Positions 16,574 through 26,816 of a stretch of DNA of 47,813 nt are shown here, piece by piece (positions within the stretch are counted from its first letter, which is position 1; each line of letters begins with the position of its first letter). The stretch is from a virus (taxonomy: Duplodnaviria; Caudoviricetes). The position numbers and the translations under genes are program-made. The notes under the pieces are model-generated. The model saw only the letters and a program-made list of their open reading frames with translations, made no database searches and was not told the DNA's origin. The stretch is from the IMG/VR virus record IMGVR_UViG_3300037424_000492, positions 1-47,813 of that record. One strand, given 5' to 3'.

Positions 16574-16801
16574 TTACTCCGCTTTACCGCGCCGTCGTTT
16601 CGGCTTCTTCGCCTCTTCGACAGGCTCGGGCTCTTCAATCGATTCGGGCGCTTCTTCTGCGGCGGGCTCTTCGACAGGTTCAGGCGTATAGATTTTGGCA
16701 AGCCCAGCAGCAAGATATTGACCTGCTCGCCGATCTTCCATTGGCACAATCGCACCTTTTTTGTAGTGACCTAAACTTTTCAGGATTTCGACTGTTTTCA
16801 T
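16574..16801 (-). CDS. Small head-associated protein
   Basis: YKKGAIV...LAAGLA with acidic/basic tail, typical of genes just after a capsid gene. Confidence 0.65.
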   Translation of the reverse strand: MKTVEILKSLGHYKKGAIVPMEDRRAGQYLAAGLAKIYTPEPVEEPAAEEAPESIEEPEPVEEAKKPKRRRGKAE

Positions 16802-16811
16802 ATTTACTCCA

Positions 16812-16840
16812 TAAAAGGCGGGCGCAATGCCCGCCCTTTG
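16812..16840 (-). terminator. Intrinsic terminator after capsid genes
   Basis: GGCGGGC/GCCCGCC stem followed by TTTTAT on the minus strand. Confidence 0.7.
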
Positions 16841-16841
16841 G

Positions 16842-17018
16842 TTATTTCTTTTCGACTGGCTTTTCAGTCTCTTTCGGCGCGTTTTTGCTTTGTTCGATCT
16901 GCGCTAACCAATACTTGCATTCTGCAATAGCGCCAATGGTGGCATTGCCATTTGCTTGTATCTGCTCCAGCGTAGCCTGTAATTCAGCCAGCCGTTTTTC
17001 GAGTTTCTCTTTATCCAT
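16842..17018 (-). CDS. Small coiled-coil protein
   Basis: MDKEKLEKRLAELQATLEQIQANGNATIGAI. Confidence 0.65.
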   Translation of the reverse strand: MDKEKLEKRLAELQATLEQIQANGNATIGAIAECKYWLAQIEQSKNAPKETEKPVEKK

Positions 17019-17025
17019 TACAACC

Positions 17026-17742
17026 TTATGATGGAGCAGTGTCCCAGAGCTTGATATAGCGGGTCGCAGTACCAATAAGTACTTTGATCCATCCGCTTTG
17101 AGTGCCTGCATTCGTCTGAGTAGACTTAGCGGGCAGTTCATCATCGGGGAGCCAAAGCAGATTGGTAAACCCGTTTGCCGTGTTGGTCAAATGCATTATG
17201 GATTTAGTTACACCAGATGCGTTTTCGATGTTCCAAACAGCAACATCTTCGGCGCTCACGTCGGTCACATTGGACTGTACAGACAGGAATTGCACAGCAG
17301 CTACACCACCAGGGGTAAAAGTTTCGCCATTCAAAAGCAGCTTCATCCAGCGGGCAAAGACACCCACAGCAGGAGCGCCCTCAGCAGACAAAACCGTAGA
17401 GCCTGCGTCCACTTCGGCGATGTCTTGCCCGCCGAACAAACTCTTACATGATGCGCCGCTATCCATAAACACGAACGAGCCGGCGCCCAAAACCTCGGCC
17501 ACGCCGTTCGTATGGAGCTCACGATAGTCGGTGTATACCTGTGCCGGGGTTGCCCCCACCGTGCCTGTAAAAGCAATCCAACCGGAAGCACGGGTAGGGT
17601 TGACGCTTGTACCACGAATGACATTGGTATTGTCAGCCAGGGTCATGCTCGAAAAGTTGAGCGGGTGACTGGTCGGCGATTGGGACGAAAGATCAAATCC
17701 ATTCTCGGAAATGACCGGACCTGAGAAAGTAGTATTAGCCAT
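17026..17742 (-). CDS. Head fibre/decoration-like structural protein
   Basis: MANTTFSGPVISENGF N-terminus; GWIKVLIGTATRYI C-terminus; follows the capsid gene. Confidence 0.6.
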   Translation of the reverse strand: MANTTFSGPVISENGFDLSSQSPTSHPLNFSSMTLADNTNVIRGTSVNPTRASGWIAFTGTVGATPAQVYTDYRELHTNGVAEVLGAGSFVFMDSGASCKSLFGGQDIAEVDAGSTVLSAEGAPAVGVFARWMKLLLNGETFTPGGVAAVQFLSVQSNVTDVSAEDVAVWNIENASGVTKSIMHLTNTANGFTNLLWLPDDELPAKSTQTNAGTQSGWIKVLIGTATRYIKLWDTAPS

Positions 17743-17775
17743 TAGATTTTCTCCTTTGTGGATGAAAATCCACGA

Positions 17776-18675
17776 CTATACGGAATGGCCGTAAATCCAT
17801 TCCCATGACGAGAAGCCGAGAGAGAATCTCATGTATCCTCTAAATTTCGCCTCCAGTTGGAAGTCGCTCTGCGGGTCAAGAGCAAACTCGACTGGTACAC
17901 GGTTGAACCACCAGAGATGTTGCTTGGCAAGCTGGCTATCGATCATGAACCAATTGGTCGCATCGGTCAGGTAATCCCAAACGACCACCCGTAGCCCCAT
18001 CGCGTTGACAAAGTTCAAGTCGTTATCAGCACTACCGGTTTTTTGGGGAGTGCCAACAAACACATATGCTTCGTCTTCTAGTTCGGGTGGGACAAGCAGG
18101 GTATCAGGCATAACCTGGATCAATTCGCCCCGATCATCCTTGAATTCGCGCATGAGGCGACGGGTCTCGATGATCGCGTCACGAGAAAGCGCACTCGAAC
18201 CGGCATTATCCTGCGTGGTTGCAGTATTGGCGGGTGATGCGGGGTGAGCGTCATCGCAAAGGTATTGTGAATCCGCACCCAAGCCGGAAGCGAAGGCATT
18301 GTTGAAGATGTCAGCGGCCGATTTTTCACGCTTACGGATCGCAGCTAAAGCCAAGCCGGAAGGACGGGTGTTGATGATGTTGTACTGATCATCATCAACC
18401 AGCTTGCGTTCGACCTTGAAGCCACGGACATACTCCACATGAGTGAACGTAGTCTTATAGCCCTGGTCGAAATCATCGTACTCGATAGCGCCCTTATATT
18501 CGTTCCAGTCACCAAAACCACCGGCACCAAGAGCTTTCTCGGTTGCCATCGTTGAGCCTTGCACGTTGTAGAACAGCGGCGCTTTAGCAGCGGCAGCCAG
18601 TGCATCAACTTGTTTGAAGAAAATCGAGCGGAGTCCTGGTTCTAACAGTTCAGCCCATTGTTCTGAGATAGCCAT
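17776..18675 (-). CDS. Major capsid protein, Mu gpT-like family
   Basis: ELLEPGLRSIF...DDDQY...PDTLLVPPELE...YLTDATNWF...RFSLGFSSWEWIYG. Confidence 0.9.
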   Translation of the reverse strand: MAISEQWAELLEPGLRSIFFKQVDALAAAAKAPLFYNVQGSTMATEKALGAGGFGDWNEYKGAIEYDDFDQGYKTTFTHVEYVRGFKVERKLVDDDQYNIINTRPSGLALAAIRKREKSAADIFNNAFASGLGADSQYLCDDAHPASPANTATTQDNAGSSALSRDAIIETRRLMREFKDDRGELIQVMPDTLLVPPELEDEAYVFVGTPQKTGSADNDLNFVNAMGLRVVVWDYLTDATNWFMIDSQLAKQHLWWFNRVPVEFALDPQSDFQLEAKFRGYMRFSLGFSSWEWIYGHSV

Positions 18676-18687
18676 TTCACACCATCC

Positions 18688-19143
18688 TTATGTATTGCCG
18701 AATGAAGTATCGGCGAACACAACATAGGCCAAAACATTGCCGTCGCCATCGGTTCCGGTATCCACCAGGATCAACGAACCGCCGCTTGAGTCGGAAGCCG
18801 ATACAGTGTTACAGTCCGCCGTATCGATGGTTTTGGTATAGCCCTTTTTGAATGCAGTAGATGTCGCGTCCATCGAGCAGCGCCAGACCTGATTACGGGT
18901 CAGGATCGCAGCCTTTGCCGTTGTAGTCCCGGCGGTAATATCAGCGGCGGCAACTGCTTCCTGCATGACTGCAATCACTTCGGTGGTCGTAACTGTCACC
19001 TGGGTGATGTCACCGTCTGATTCTACGGTCATCAGGTCGCCGATTTTGTGGGCGGCAGCCGTAGAAAGAATAAAATCGCGTATGACCGGGGTGGCTCCTG
19101 AGCCATCCAGCATATACGCAAATTCAAAACCTCTTGTAGCCAT
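18688..19143 (-). CDS. Capsid decoration/cement protein
   Basis: Beta-rich ORF between scaffold and capsid genes. Confidence 0.65.
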   Translation of the reverse strand: MATRGFEFAYMLDGSGATPVIRDFILSTAAAHKIGDLMTVESDGDITQVTVTTTEVIAVMQEAVAAADITAGTTTAKAAILTRNQVWRCSMDATSTAFKKGYTKTIDTADCNTVSASDSSGGSLILVDTGTDGDGNVLAYVVFADTSFGNT

Positions 19144-19176
19144 TGTTTGATACCTCATAACCCCTGTTCGGGGTTT

Positions 19177-19746
19177 CTACTTTTTCAAGTTTTTAGCGTA
19201 CTCCTCATCTGTGACGCCAGTCTTGCGAGCAAAAATCCTCTGGTCATCTGTGAGTTCTACAGTCTTCTTGTTATTGCCACCGCCGAGCTTGCCCGCCCCG
19301 ATGTCGAATGTTGGGGATTTGGCAAGCAATGCGCGGTTACGTGAAATCCAGCGAAGTTGCGCTTCCGTTGAAAGCTCATCAGGGATAAGCCCGCGCCGGT
19401 CTGCCGGAATTTCTTCGATAGCAGAAGCAAGCGTTTCTTTCAGCGTTGTCTCGTAGGCTTCGAGTTTCTCAGCCTTCGGCTTTGCGTCAGACAACTCGGC
19501 GGCGGTCTTTTCATAGAGCGCCTTGTAATCTTCTGCTTCCTTCAACCGCTTTGTCTCAGCTTCATGACCGGCTTTTTCCATTGCGGACAGACGCTTTTCC
19601 AGGTCTTTCCGTTTCTGGATCTCTTCATCTAACCGACTCTTGGGAATAAGATGCTCTTGTTGTTCGGTCTTTTTCGCCTCCGCAGGCGGTTGCACCTGGT
19701 CCCCGTCTTGATTTTCAACGTTCTGGTCTTTCTCTTCGTCTGGCAT
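19177..19746 (-). CDS. Scaffolding protein
   Basis: Acidic N-terminus, IPKSRLDEEI, coiled coil, ELTDDQRIFARKTGVTDEEY C-terminus. Confidence 0.8.
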   Translation of the reverse strand: MPDEEKDQNVENQDGDQVQPPAEAKKTEQQEHLIPKSRLDEEIQKRKDLEKRLSAMEKAGHEAETKRLKEAEDYKALYEKTAAELSDAKPKAEKLEAYETTLKETLASAIEEIPADRRGLIPDELSTEAQLRWISRNRALLAKSPTFDIGAGKLGGGNNKKTVELTDDQRIFARKTGVTDEEYAKNLKK

Positions 19747-19792
19747 TTCAACATCCCTTCTTCGAGTTTTACATGCTACGCCATGATAGGAA

Positions 19793-19895
19793 TAAAAAAA
19801 CCGCCATTTAGCGGCGGTCTCTTTCGAGAATGACCACAAAACAGCGGCGGTCTACAAAGTAGAATTACCTTTATTCGATTGTTGCTATTGTATCA
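19793..19895 (-). promoter_or_regulatory. Head-gene promoter plus attenuator-like leader
   Basis: TG-A-TACAAT extended -10 (19895-19887); two GACCGCCGCT copies; CCGCC/GGCGG-T7 terminator. Confidence 0.6.
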
Positions 19896-19899
19896 CAAA

Positions 19900-21221
19900 T
19901 CACCCACCTATAACAATTCCTTTCTCTCTTGCAAAGCGTTTGCATAACTCAGCGACCAAGCCGTAACCATTGAATAATTTGAGTCCCTCAATCCGCCTCA
20001 GCAATTGATTGTCATCATATTGCCGAGCTAAAGATGTATCCATATAAGCAAAGTTGAACCTTGGAACTTCATCGATTTCAAAATTATTCCTGGCAACTTC
20101 ACCGATTTCGGTAATCTCATCTAATGTGTAATCCCCACTCAAAAACAATGAGCTATTTGGATATATCACAGCAATTGGTTTCTCCGAGACAATTCGTCGC
20201 GGATCTTCTTTATGAATGAATTCCATTATCAAATCCTTTCTGTAATCCCTGCAATCGTGGCAGTCTCGCACGGTTCAACCAACTTCTTCCCGTTGTGCAG
20301 CCTGCGTATTTCGGCGGTACGCGGCGACGTGCCAAGAGTGCGCTCGATGTTATCGAGTTCTGTCAATAGCGCTTGGCGGCGGTTTTTGAGATAATCATAA
20401 AAGGGTTGCAAAAGTTCATCGTTGCTCATCTTATCCATCCAATCAGCGCCATGATTCCCAAAACCAGGATAAACAGCCATGCAATCGTTGAGTACATCGT
20501 ACCGATCATAATTGAAGCCCGCGCCCGTATGTAGCGCTTACCGTGTAGTGTCTTTTTCATCAATACCATCTTCTTTCTGCAATTGCTCAATCATATTTAT
20601 TTGTTTTTCGGTAAATTTAATGCCAAGACGGGCTATTGGATGTACTTGATATGTTTTTTCTTCACCGGTAAATCTATTAATTCGTGTTCTCTCATTGCCA
20701 GCTCGGGTTGATTTATAGAGCAATTTATATCGAAGTCTAAGCCACAAATCTTGTAAGCGCTTACCGTGTAGTGTCTTTTTCATCCGGCCGCCTCCCATGC
20801 CCTTTTAGAGTAATTGTGCATACAGCAATACCAAGACCGCGCTCATAGTTCATTGATAATACAAAGTAAGAAAAATCCCCGCGCTTGATAAGCATCCTTT
20901 CGGTAAGTGCTTTCTTGTACATATCTATGGATTCAACTTCTTTATCCATATCAAGTTCTAACACAATTGTCGGTGCATCGGGAATACAATCATCTGTTAT
21001 CACTTGTACCATCTTCCTGAGTTATTCGGCGGGCTATATCCGCATGACGGGCAAACGGAGAACATCACGCCGTCGAAGTTGGTAGTCTGTCCGCAGTTGC
21101 GACAAGTCGATGTTGACTTTACAAATTGATTTATTCGTTCATCCGCTTCTCTGCGCAATTTGGGAGCGTCGAACCATTTCAAGACCCACCTATACCAAAG
21201 TCGGCGTAAATTGATTTTCAT
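19900..21221 (-). other. Run of six small accessory ORFs between minor head and scaffold genes (21000-21221, 20761-21012, 20538-20783, 20426-20560, 20229-20429, 19900-20226)
   Basis: Tightly overlapping, AT-richer ORFs. Confidence 0.65.
20533..20784. repeat. 29-bp exact direct repeat flanking one accessory gene
   Basis: AGCGCTTACCGTGTAGTGTCTTTTTCATC at 20533-20561 and 20756-20784. Confidence 0.95.
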
Positions 21222-22363
21222 TGGTTCACTGTGTAATATTGCGCCGCGTTTTCACCCAGCGCACCAAGTAGGGACGACTCTACAATTTGTGCGCCGAATG
21301 TCGGATCAGTATGTTCGCCGACGAACTGCGAAATTGGCGTTCCAGCCTGGAACGCTCGCCACTTGGCGGGGCTATTCACAAACGACGCCTGCTGTCTCTG
21401 GCGTTCGGGGGAGAGTGAATTGAACCACTCTTCACCAGTGGTAAATGTGACAAAATTCCTATGCCCAGGTTTGCTATCAGCTTGCATAAATGACGGGCCG
21501 TCTGGGTTGCCGATTGTAAGGTACTCTTCAGAACACAAACAATTAAAGTGCCCGTCAATCCTTTCTCCCAACTCAAGCCTTGAGCCATGGAGCGAAACGC
21601 AGGCTAAACATGACCTATCCTGCAAAGCTGAAACCCTAATTTTACCCAATATATAAGAACTGTTCTGTATTTCCATAGCAGCAGACGCGTCTCTATAGCT
21701 TGTCAGTTGCAGTGTCCTGGTCAACGTCTCCGCTGCCCGTACCGGCATGTTTTGCGCTAAGTGTCGCAACTGTGATGCGGTGTACTTTGGCCCCCAGCCT
21801 TCCTGGATGCCTTTGAGAATGGTTTCTCGTGTCAATGCCGCGTAGCCTTCCCCCCAACCTTCCATTCGCTCTATCCACGATTCGCTCTCTACGTAGTTTG
21901 TAGCAAAGTTCAGCACAGTCGGTACATTCCATATCACCCCGGCGCGTTTCGTCTGCGCGATGTAAACTGCCAATCCTGCCGGTGATAGCGGGTCTCCCCC
22001 ACTCTCTGCAATCTGACGGGTAACGTCCAAAAACACCTTAGCAGTCACAGCAGAGATAGCCAACGTTTGCCCGCTTGCCTGAATGTCATTGTCGCTGCCG
22101 GTGATCAGCGTTTGAGATGCAACAAAGGCGCGTTCGTAATCATTCAGCGCTTTTTGTAAGGCGGCATTGTCCGCGTTCATACGAGCGTCATCTTTTATCA
22201 GCCTGTCCGCTTCTTCATCCAGCTCCCTGAGTGAGCGTTGCAATTGCGAGCCAGGCGCGTTCGTGATCGCCTTGATCTGTGCAAGCATTTTGCCGGCGCT
22301 CTTGGTGTAAGCACGGTCAAGAGCGATATTCGTTCGTTCGGTGATGGAAAGCTGGTTAGGCAT
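21218..22363 (-). CDS. Minor head / head morphogenesis protein (SPP1 gp7-like)
   Basis: RAAETLTRT...DRSCLACVSLHG...HFNCLC motif; follows the portal gene. Confidence 0.85.
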   Translation of the reverse strand: MPNQLSITERTNIALDRAYTKSAGKMLAQIKAITNAPGSQLQRSLRELDEEADRLIKDDARMNADNAALQKALNDYERAFVASQTLITGSDNDIQASGQTLAISAVTAKVFLDVTRQIAESGGDPLSPAGLAVYIAQTKRAGVIWNVPTVLNFATNYVESESWIERMEGWGEGYAALTRETILKGIQEGWGPKYTASQLRHLAQNMPVRAAETLTRTLQLTSYRDASAAMEIQNSSYILGKIRVSALQDRSCLACVSLHGSRLELGERIDGHFNCLCSEEYLTIGNPDGPSFMQADSKPGHRNFVTFTTGEEWFNSLSPERQRQQASFVNSPAKWRAFQAGTPISQFVGEHTDPTFGAQIVESSLLGALGENAAQYYTVNQ

Positions 22364-22535
22364 CGGTAATCAAAACAAACTTTCCGCTTCTATCTTCCTT
22401 GATTTTGAATTGATAATCTTTGATAGTTTGATATTGCAAATCATATTCAACATATACGGGCAAGTCGCCGTTTTCGTCTTTTATTTGTTCGAGCCGAGAA
22501 ATAACTTCGGATATTTTCTGTTGTTGAATTGCCAT
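22356..22535 (-). CDS. Inserted hypothetical protein
   Basis: KISEVISRLEQIKDENGDLPVYV. Confidence 0.6.
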   Translation of the reverse strand: MAIQQQKISEVISRLEQIKDENGDLPVYVEYDLQYQTIKDYQFKIKEDRSGKFVLITDA

Positions 22536-22583
22536 CTCAAATCCCTTCCCGCGCTGCCATTGTATCAAACTCAGGCCTTTTGT

Positions 22584-22742
22584 TTACCGGCTTTTCTTCC
22601 ATTTCAAGACAATAACGGGCTTTTTAAACTTCTTGCCAAAATTACTGCATGAATACGTCTCACAACTAATATAATCTACGAAATGCACCATTATGCTTTC
22701 ACACTCTGGACAAATGCAATTTATGGCAATTTCGACTTTCAT
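22584..22742 (-). CDS. Inserted small Zn-ribbon protein (52 aa)
   Basis: GAAAGGA RBS; CPEC motif. Confidence 0.55.
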   Translation of the reverse strand: MKVEIAINCICPECESIMVHFVDYISCETYSCSNFGKKFKKPVIVLKWKKSR

Positions 22743-22754
22743 CTTAGATCCTTT

Positions 22755-24320
22755 CTATACTCGATTGCCAACTAACCCACCAGCCACCAACGCACCAAAG
22801 TTGAAACTGCCCTGAGTTTTGGCATTCTCGATTTCCGTATTTATATCTTCCTGCGACATACCAAGCAGAACGCCAATACGTTTGATATAAAACTCATCAG
22901 CAAACAACCCCGGCGATTTTTCGCGCAGCGTTACCAGCGTCGCTATCCGCGCGTTGACGTCCAACAACTCCGGCGATTTCCAAATGACATTGACAATGCC
23001 AAAGGCTGGCGCATTTTCACCTTCGAATGTGTTTTGGATCTCCGCTGTCAGTGTTATCAATTCCTTTATCGCATCCGTGTTCTGGTGCTGGAAGCGCTCT
23101 ACCTTGCCAAGCAAGCCGATTTCCAGCTGCTTCAGCGCTTCGCCTGATAAGTTGCCCTCAGCCGTAACGCCATAGATTGGCGTTTGGGAGACATTGCTAA
23201 TTTGTTGTGTCTCTTTCTCGATTTGGTTGGTATACTGCGAAATATCGGTAGCGTCGAACTGACCAACTCTAACTGCTTTCAGGAATTCCACCTGTTCCTG
23301 TGTCAGGTGGGTAACAATATTTTCTCCCTTATCTTTCAGCACCAAATTTATAACTCCCCCTGGCATAATGCCGTCTACGTCAATTTCGAAGCCAATAGAC
23401 CAAAGTAGTTTGAACGCGCCAAACTTCGACGCCATAATCTTGTCACTCTGAATGCTATTAAGCGAATCTTGCAACGTAATTACAGGATGCAATTCACTCG
23501 TGCCGTAACTGGTGTAATTATCCCTTTGATTTACAAGAGAAATAATCGGGAGCTTTCTAGATTTGACCGGCCAGGGCCGAGTGTTGGTAAACTCCGTCTC
23601 GCTGTCTACAACGGCGGCAAAGCCGTTTCCTCTGTCAATAATTGTGTTCACTGGCACGATATTATCCGGCTTGACTTCCTGCCCGCTCTCATCGCCTATC
23701 CAATAACTCACCCTGTCCGGCTGGTACACTACCAGTTTGATAACCGCCCTGCTTGTATCTGCGGCGGCTACATCTTGTGTATCCGCTTCGCTCCACAACT
23801 TACAGGCCCACATGGGATCGCGAGTCATATCATCATAGACAACGATGATGCCGCTGAAACCATCGTAAGCGGGTTCAGAAGTCCATAGGGCGGTATCGGG
23901 GTCTACCATAACATAGGCATTGCCATCTCGGACAGCAGCCCGCCACCATTCCGTCTGTTGCGCGTCGAATTTGTTGCGAGTTAATGTATCAATCAACCAT
24001 TGCTTCGATGCGTCCGTATCAGTTGCGATGTTTAGCACAAATATGCGCCCCGCCATTTTATCTACAACCACCTTGCAATAGTTGATATTTAGTTTGTTCA
24101 ATTCCGCGTCATCTTCCCGCAAGCGTAACATTTTACGTATTTCTGTCTGCATACTTGCGCGGTGATCTCCATGTTCATAATTGCGAAACAACGCCACCCG
24201 CGCCCCGCGCTGGATAATCGCCTGTTTCCACGAATTGCGCGCGTCGATGGATGCGGCAAGCGCCGGGTCGGTTGATTCGAGTGCGCTGACAATTAAGCCG
24301 CTGTTATCCGTTGACATCAT
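22755..24320 (-). CDS. Portal protein (SPP1 gp6-like)
   Basis: NYCKVVVD, RDGNAYVMV, GTSELHPVITLQD, SGEALKQLE; follows TerL. Confidence 0.9.
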   Translation of the reverse strand: MMSTDNSGLIVSALESTDPALAASIDARNSWKQAIIQRGARVALFRNYEHGDHRASMQTEIRKMLRLREDDAELNKLNINYCKVVVDKMAGRIFVLNIATDTDASKQWLIDTLTRNKFDAQQTEWWRAAVRDGNAYVMVDPDTALWTSEPAYDGFSGIIVVYDDMTRDPMWACKLWSEADTQDVAAADTSRAVIKLVVYQPDRVSYWIGDESGQEVKPDNIVPVNTIIDRGNGFAAVVDSETEFTNTRPWPVKSRKLPIISLVNQRDNYTSYGTSELHPVITLQDSLNSIQSDKIMASKFGAFKLLWSIGFEIDVDGIMPGGVINLVLKDKGENIVTHLTQEQVEFLKAVRVGQFDATDISQYTNQIEKETQQISNVSQTPIYGVTAEGNLSGEALKQLEIGLLGKVERFQHQNTDAIKELITLTAEIQNTFEGENAPAFGIVNVIWKSPELLDVNARIATLVTLREKSPGLFADEFYIKRIGVLLGMSQEDINTEIENAKTQGSFNFGALVAGGLVGNRV

Positions 24321-24556
24321 TCACCACCTTTGGAGCCAAAAGTAAGTCTCATTTCTTTACCACAATCATCACACTTGAAAATATATTCGTCAGAAGATTT
24401 CATTCTAACAAAAGTAAAATTTGTACACAGAGTGTGCGTATTGAAAACAATATCTCCGGAGAATTTCCCCACATATTTGATTTCCTCGGTAAGCCTAAGT
24501 ATCCAATCTTCATCTTGAATCCGTGTTTGTAAGGTGTCAGCACCATACTTCGCCAT
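24317..24556 (-). CDS. Inserted hypothetical protein between TerL and portal
   Basis: 79-aa ORF with CDDC motif, coupled to the portal ATG. Confidence 0.6.
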   Translation of the reverse strand: MAKYGADTLQTRIQDEDWILRLTEEIKYVGKFSGDIVFNTHTLCTNFTFVRMKSSDEYIFKCDDCGKEMRLTFGSKGGE

Positions 24557-24564
24557 AATTGTTC

Positions 24565-25887
24565 CTATCGAAACCCTGGCCGGGTCTCTTGTTCCTGTTT
24601 GCCGCGAATGTAATTCGTCACAGTTGCGTTTGTGTTGATCGTAACCACAATCATATCATCTTCGTAAGCATAGCGCAGCCAGTCGATAAAATGATTGTTA
24701 TAGTCAATTGGTTGTGGTATTGGATTACCATTCTTATCTTCTTTCCACTTGTACTGTCTGAGTTCGCCTTGTTCGTTCACAAGTGTCTTATCTACAATAA
24801 TTTTGTGTTGCTGTAGCCACTGAATACCATGCAAAACGCTGTCCTTGCCTTTGCGGGCGCCGATGGCATTCACCCCATAATTCCGCAATTCCTGGATGGA
24901 CTTAGGCTCGGCGCTATCCCAAACAATGCGTTCGTTTCCTATCATCCCCATGACTTCCTTTGCCAGCAGGTCGTTAGTAAGTCCTGATTGGTAGAAACCA
25001 TCGAACACATAGATTTCTTTGTGCTTGCGGTCATAGTGCGTTCGACCAAATGCGGCGGGGTCATTGCTAAATCCGAAGTCCCCCCCGTTGCGCCGATTGG
25101 TGAACTGGTCTTGCATCCCTGATAAATCACGGATCTCCCAATTATTGAAAATGACATTGCCAAGCACCCCCCAATTCCCATATGTGTAAACATCCCGATA
25201 ATATTTATCTGTTTCGCCCAATAAGTCATTTATATCCTGCTCAGTCAAAAAGCGATTGTGAATATACCAAGTTTTGAGTATGCTCAATTCATCGCTGTTA
25301 TATTCTGTCTGCTCTTCTGTCCAACCAAGCGGAGCAAAGAATTCCTTGAAAATCCAATGGTCTTGCAGAATAGGGTTGAACGTCAAATGAATACGTTTAC
25401 GGATTTGTTCATCTCCACCGCGTTGCCGCTTCTTGAGTTGCTTCAAGTCATCCCAAGCCGCCTGCGTAGATTCTTCAATCCAAATATCAGTCAAGACTCC
25501 CTTTGGAAATGTAATTGATTTGATCTTCTCCAAGTCATCCAGCCCCTTGAAAACAGCCTGATACCCATTCTGGCAAGTAATAACCATATTGCTTTCATTG
25601 ACCAAAAACAACTCGCCCACATTCCATTCATCAATGATGCGCTTGACTTCAACAAATGTCGAATATCTGCTGTCCTTTGCAATCTTACGACAAACAAGAT
25701 AGTTTCGTCCACCATTGAGCAAGTCATAAATGACTTGCTGGGCCTTGAATTTGCTCTTGCCAGATGAAGCGCCCCCGTAATTGATTTGCAACCGTGACGA
25801 ATTGTCCAGATATGGCCTATATATATCATTGAACACGCGTGGGTCAATGGATACCCAAATATCAGGCTTCGTCTTGGTTGCTACCAT
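24565..25887 (-). CDS. terL: Terminase large subunit, PBSX family
   Basis: Walker A YGGASSGKS; KGLDDLEKIKS; IWIEE; LTFNP; DFGFSNDP; DSAEPKSI; NHFIDWLRY. Confidence 0.95.
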   Translation of the reverse strand: MVATKTKPDIWVSIDPRVFNDIYRPYLDNSSRLQINYGGASSGKSKFKAQQVIYDLLNGGRNYLVCRKIAKDSRYSTFVEVKRIIDEWNVGELFLVNESNMVITCQNGYQAVFKGLDDLEKIKSITFPKGVLTDIWIEESTQAAWDDLKQLKKRQRGGDEQIRKRIHLTFNPILQDHWIFKEFFAPLGWTEEQTEYNSDELSILKTWYIHNRFLTEQDINDLLGETDKYYRDVYTYGNWGVLGNVIFNNWEIRDLSGMQDQFTNRRNGGDFGFSNDPAAFGRTHYDRKHKEIYVFDGFYQSGLTNDLLAKEVMGMIGNERIVWDSAEPKSIQELRNYGVNAIGARKGKDSVLHGIQWLQQHKIIVDKTLVNEQGELRQYKWKEDKNGNPIPQPIDYNNHFIDWLRYAYEDDMIVVTINTNATVTNYIRGKQEQETRPGFR

Positions 25888-26212
25888 CTAATGTTACCTT
25901 GATGACTTTCATCTCGCCTTTGACATTCAACTCATCCGGCACTTTCCCAAATGCAATCTCTAAAAACTCCTTTTGCCGCCTGGGGTCTCTGCTCATTTGC
26001 AAGAGTATCGCCTGTACTACCGTGATCCGGTCATCAATGCCAGGTATGGCTATCTCATTCCCCTTATTGTCTTTGGCAACGTCAACGGCGATTTGCTTTG
26101 CCAGTTCTCGGAGCGCGTCAAAAGAACGCGGGCGACCTTTACGGTTGATCCGCTTATCCCTGACTTCGCCGTCATTCGGCTGGAATGGCTTCAAGTTCTG
26201 TTCGTTTGCCAT
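25862..26212 (-). CDS. terS: Terminase small subunit
   Basis: NLKPF...RINRKGRP N-terminus; directly upstream of TerL. Confidence 0.75.
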   Translation of the reverse strand: MANEQNLKPFQPNDGEVRDKRINRKGRPRSFDALRELAKQIAVDVAKDNKGNEIAIPGIDDRITVVQAILLQMSRDPRRQKEFLEIAFGKVPDELNVKGEMKVIKVTLDGSNQDEA

Positions 26213-26519
26213 GTCCTCACTGTTTTCTCGCAGTATCGTTATTCAATCCGCTTGATTTCAAGATTTGTGCGGGTAGTAATCGCACTACAAACGATTCTAA
26301 GGCGTTTATTTTGATGTGTATATATATTCCATTGGCCTGTTTTGCGCATTTTTCGACATTTCGACTGCCATATATGGCATTATATTCTATTTCCTGCGTG
26401 ACGCGCCCATATATGGCTATCAGAAACAGCAAAAAGCGCCTGCGCTGGAGCGCGATCTGGTTAATATAAGCCTTCTCAAGAGCTTGTATTTCCACTATAA
26501 AATTGGTGGCCCCAAAATC

Positions 26520-26548
26520 TTGACAGATATAATAGATGTGTGTATAAT
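26520..26548 (+). promoter_or_regulatory. Perfect-consensus sigma70 promoter
   Basis: TTGACA-17 bp-TATAAT. Confidence 0.9.
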
Positions 26549-26597
26549 AACTACATAGTCGAGAGCAGTTCTCGGCGCAAAAAACAAGGAGAATAAA

Positions 26598-26813
26598 ATG
26601 GCTAAGAAATGCAAGATCACAACTCGAAGAACTGGCAACAACAATGTTGTCATGGTAGCCCGCGCTGGTGCCAATGGGACCGGCAGAGAAATCTCCCGCG
26701 CTACTGGATGGGATAATGCCCGCGCGCTCGATCAGATGCTTGACAACGTTTTGTTTGAAGTCAAGCGCCAGGGCTATGAGCCGACCCCCTGGGATGCCAG
26801 CGGCGACGAGTAA
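26598..26813 (+). CDS. Hypothetical protein, first gene of the counter-oriented operon
   Basis: AAGGAG RBS; downstream of the consensus promoter. Confidence 0.75.
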   Translation: MAKKCKITTRRTGNNNVVMVARAGANGTGREISRATGWDNARALDQMLDNVLFEVKRQGYEPTPWDASGDE

Positions 26814-26816
26814 ACA

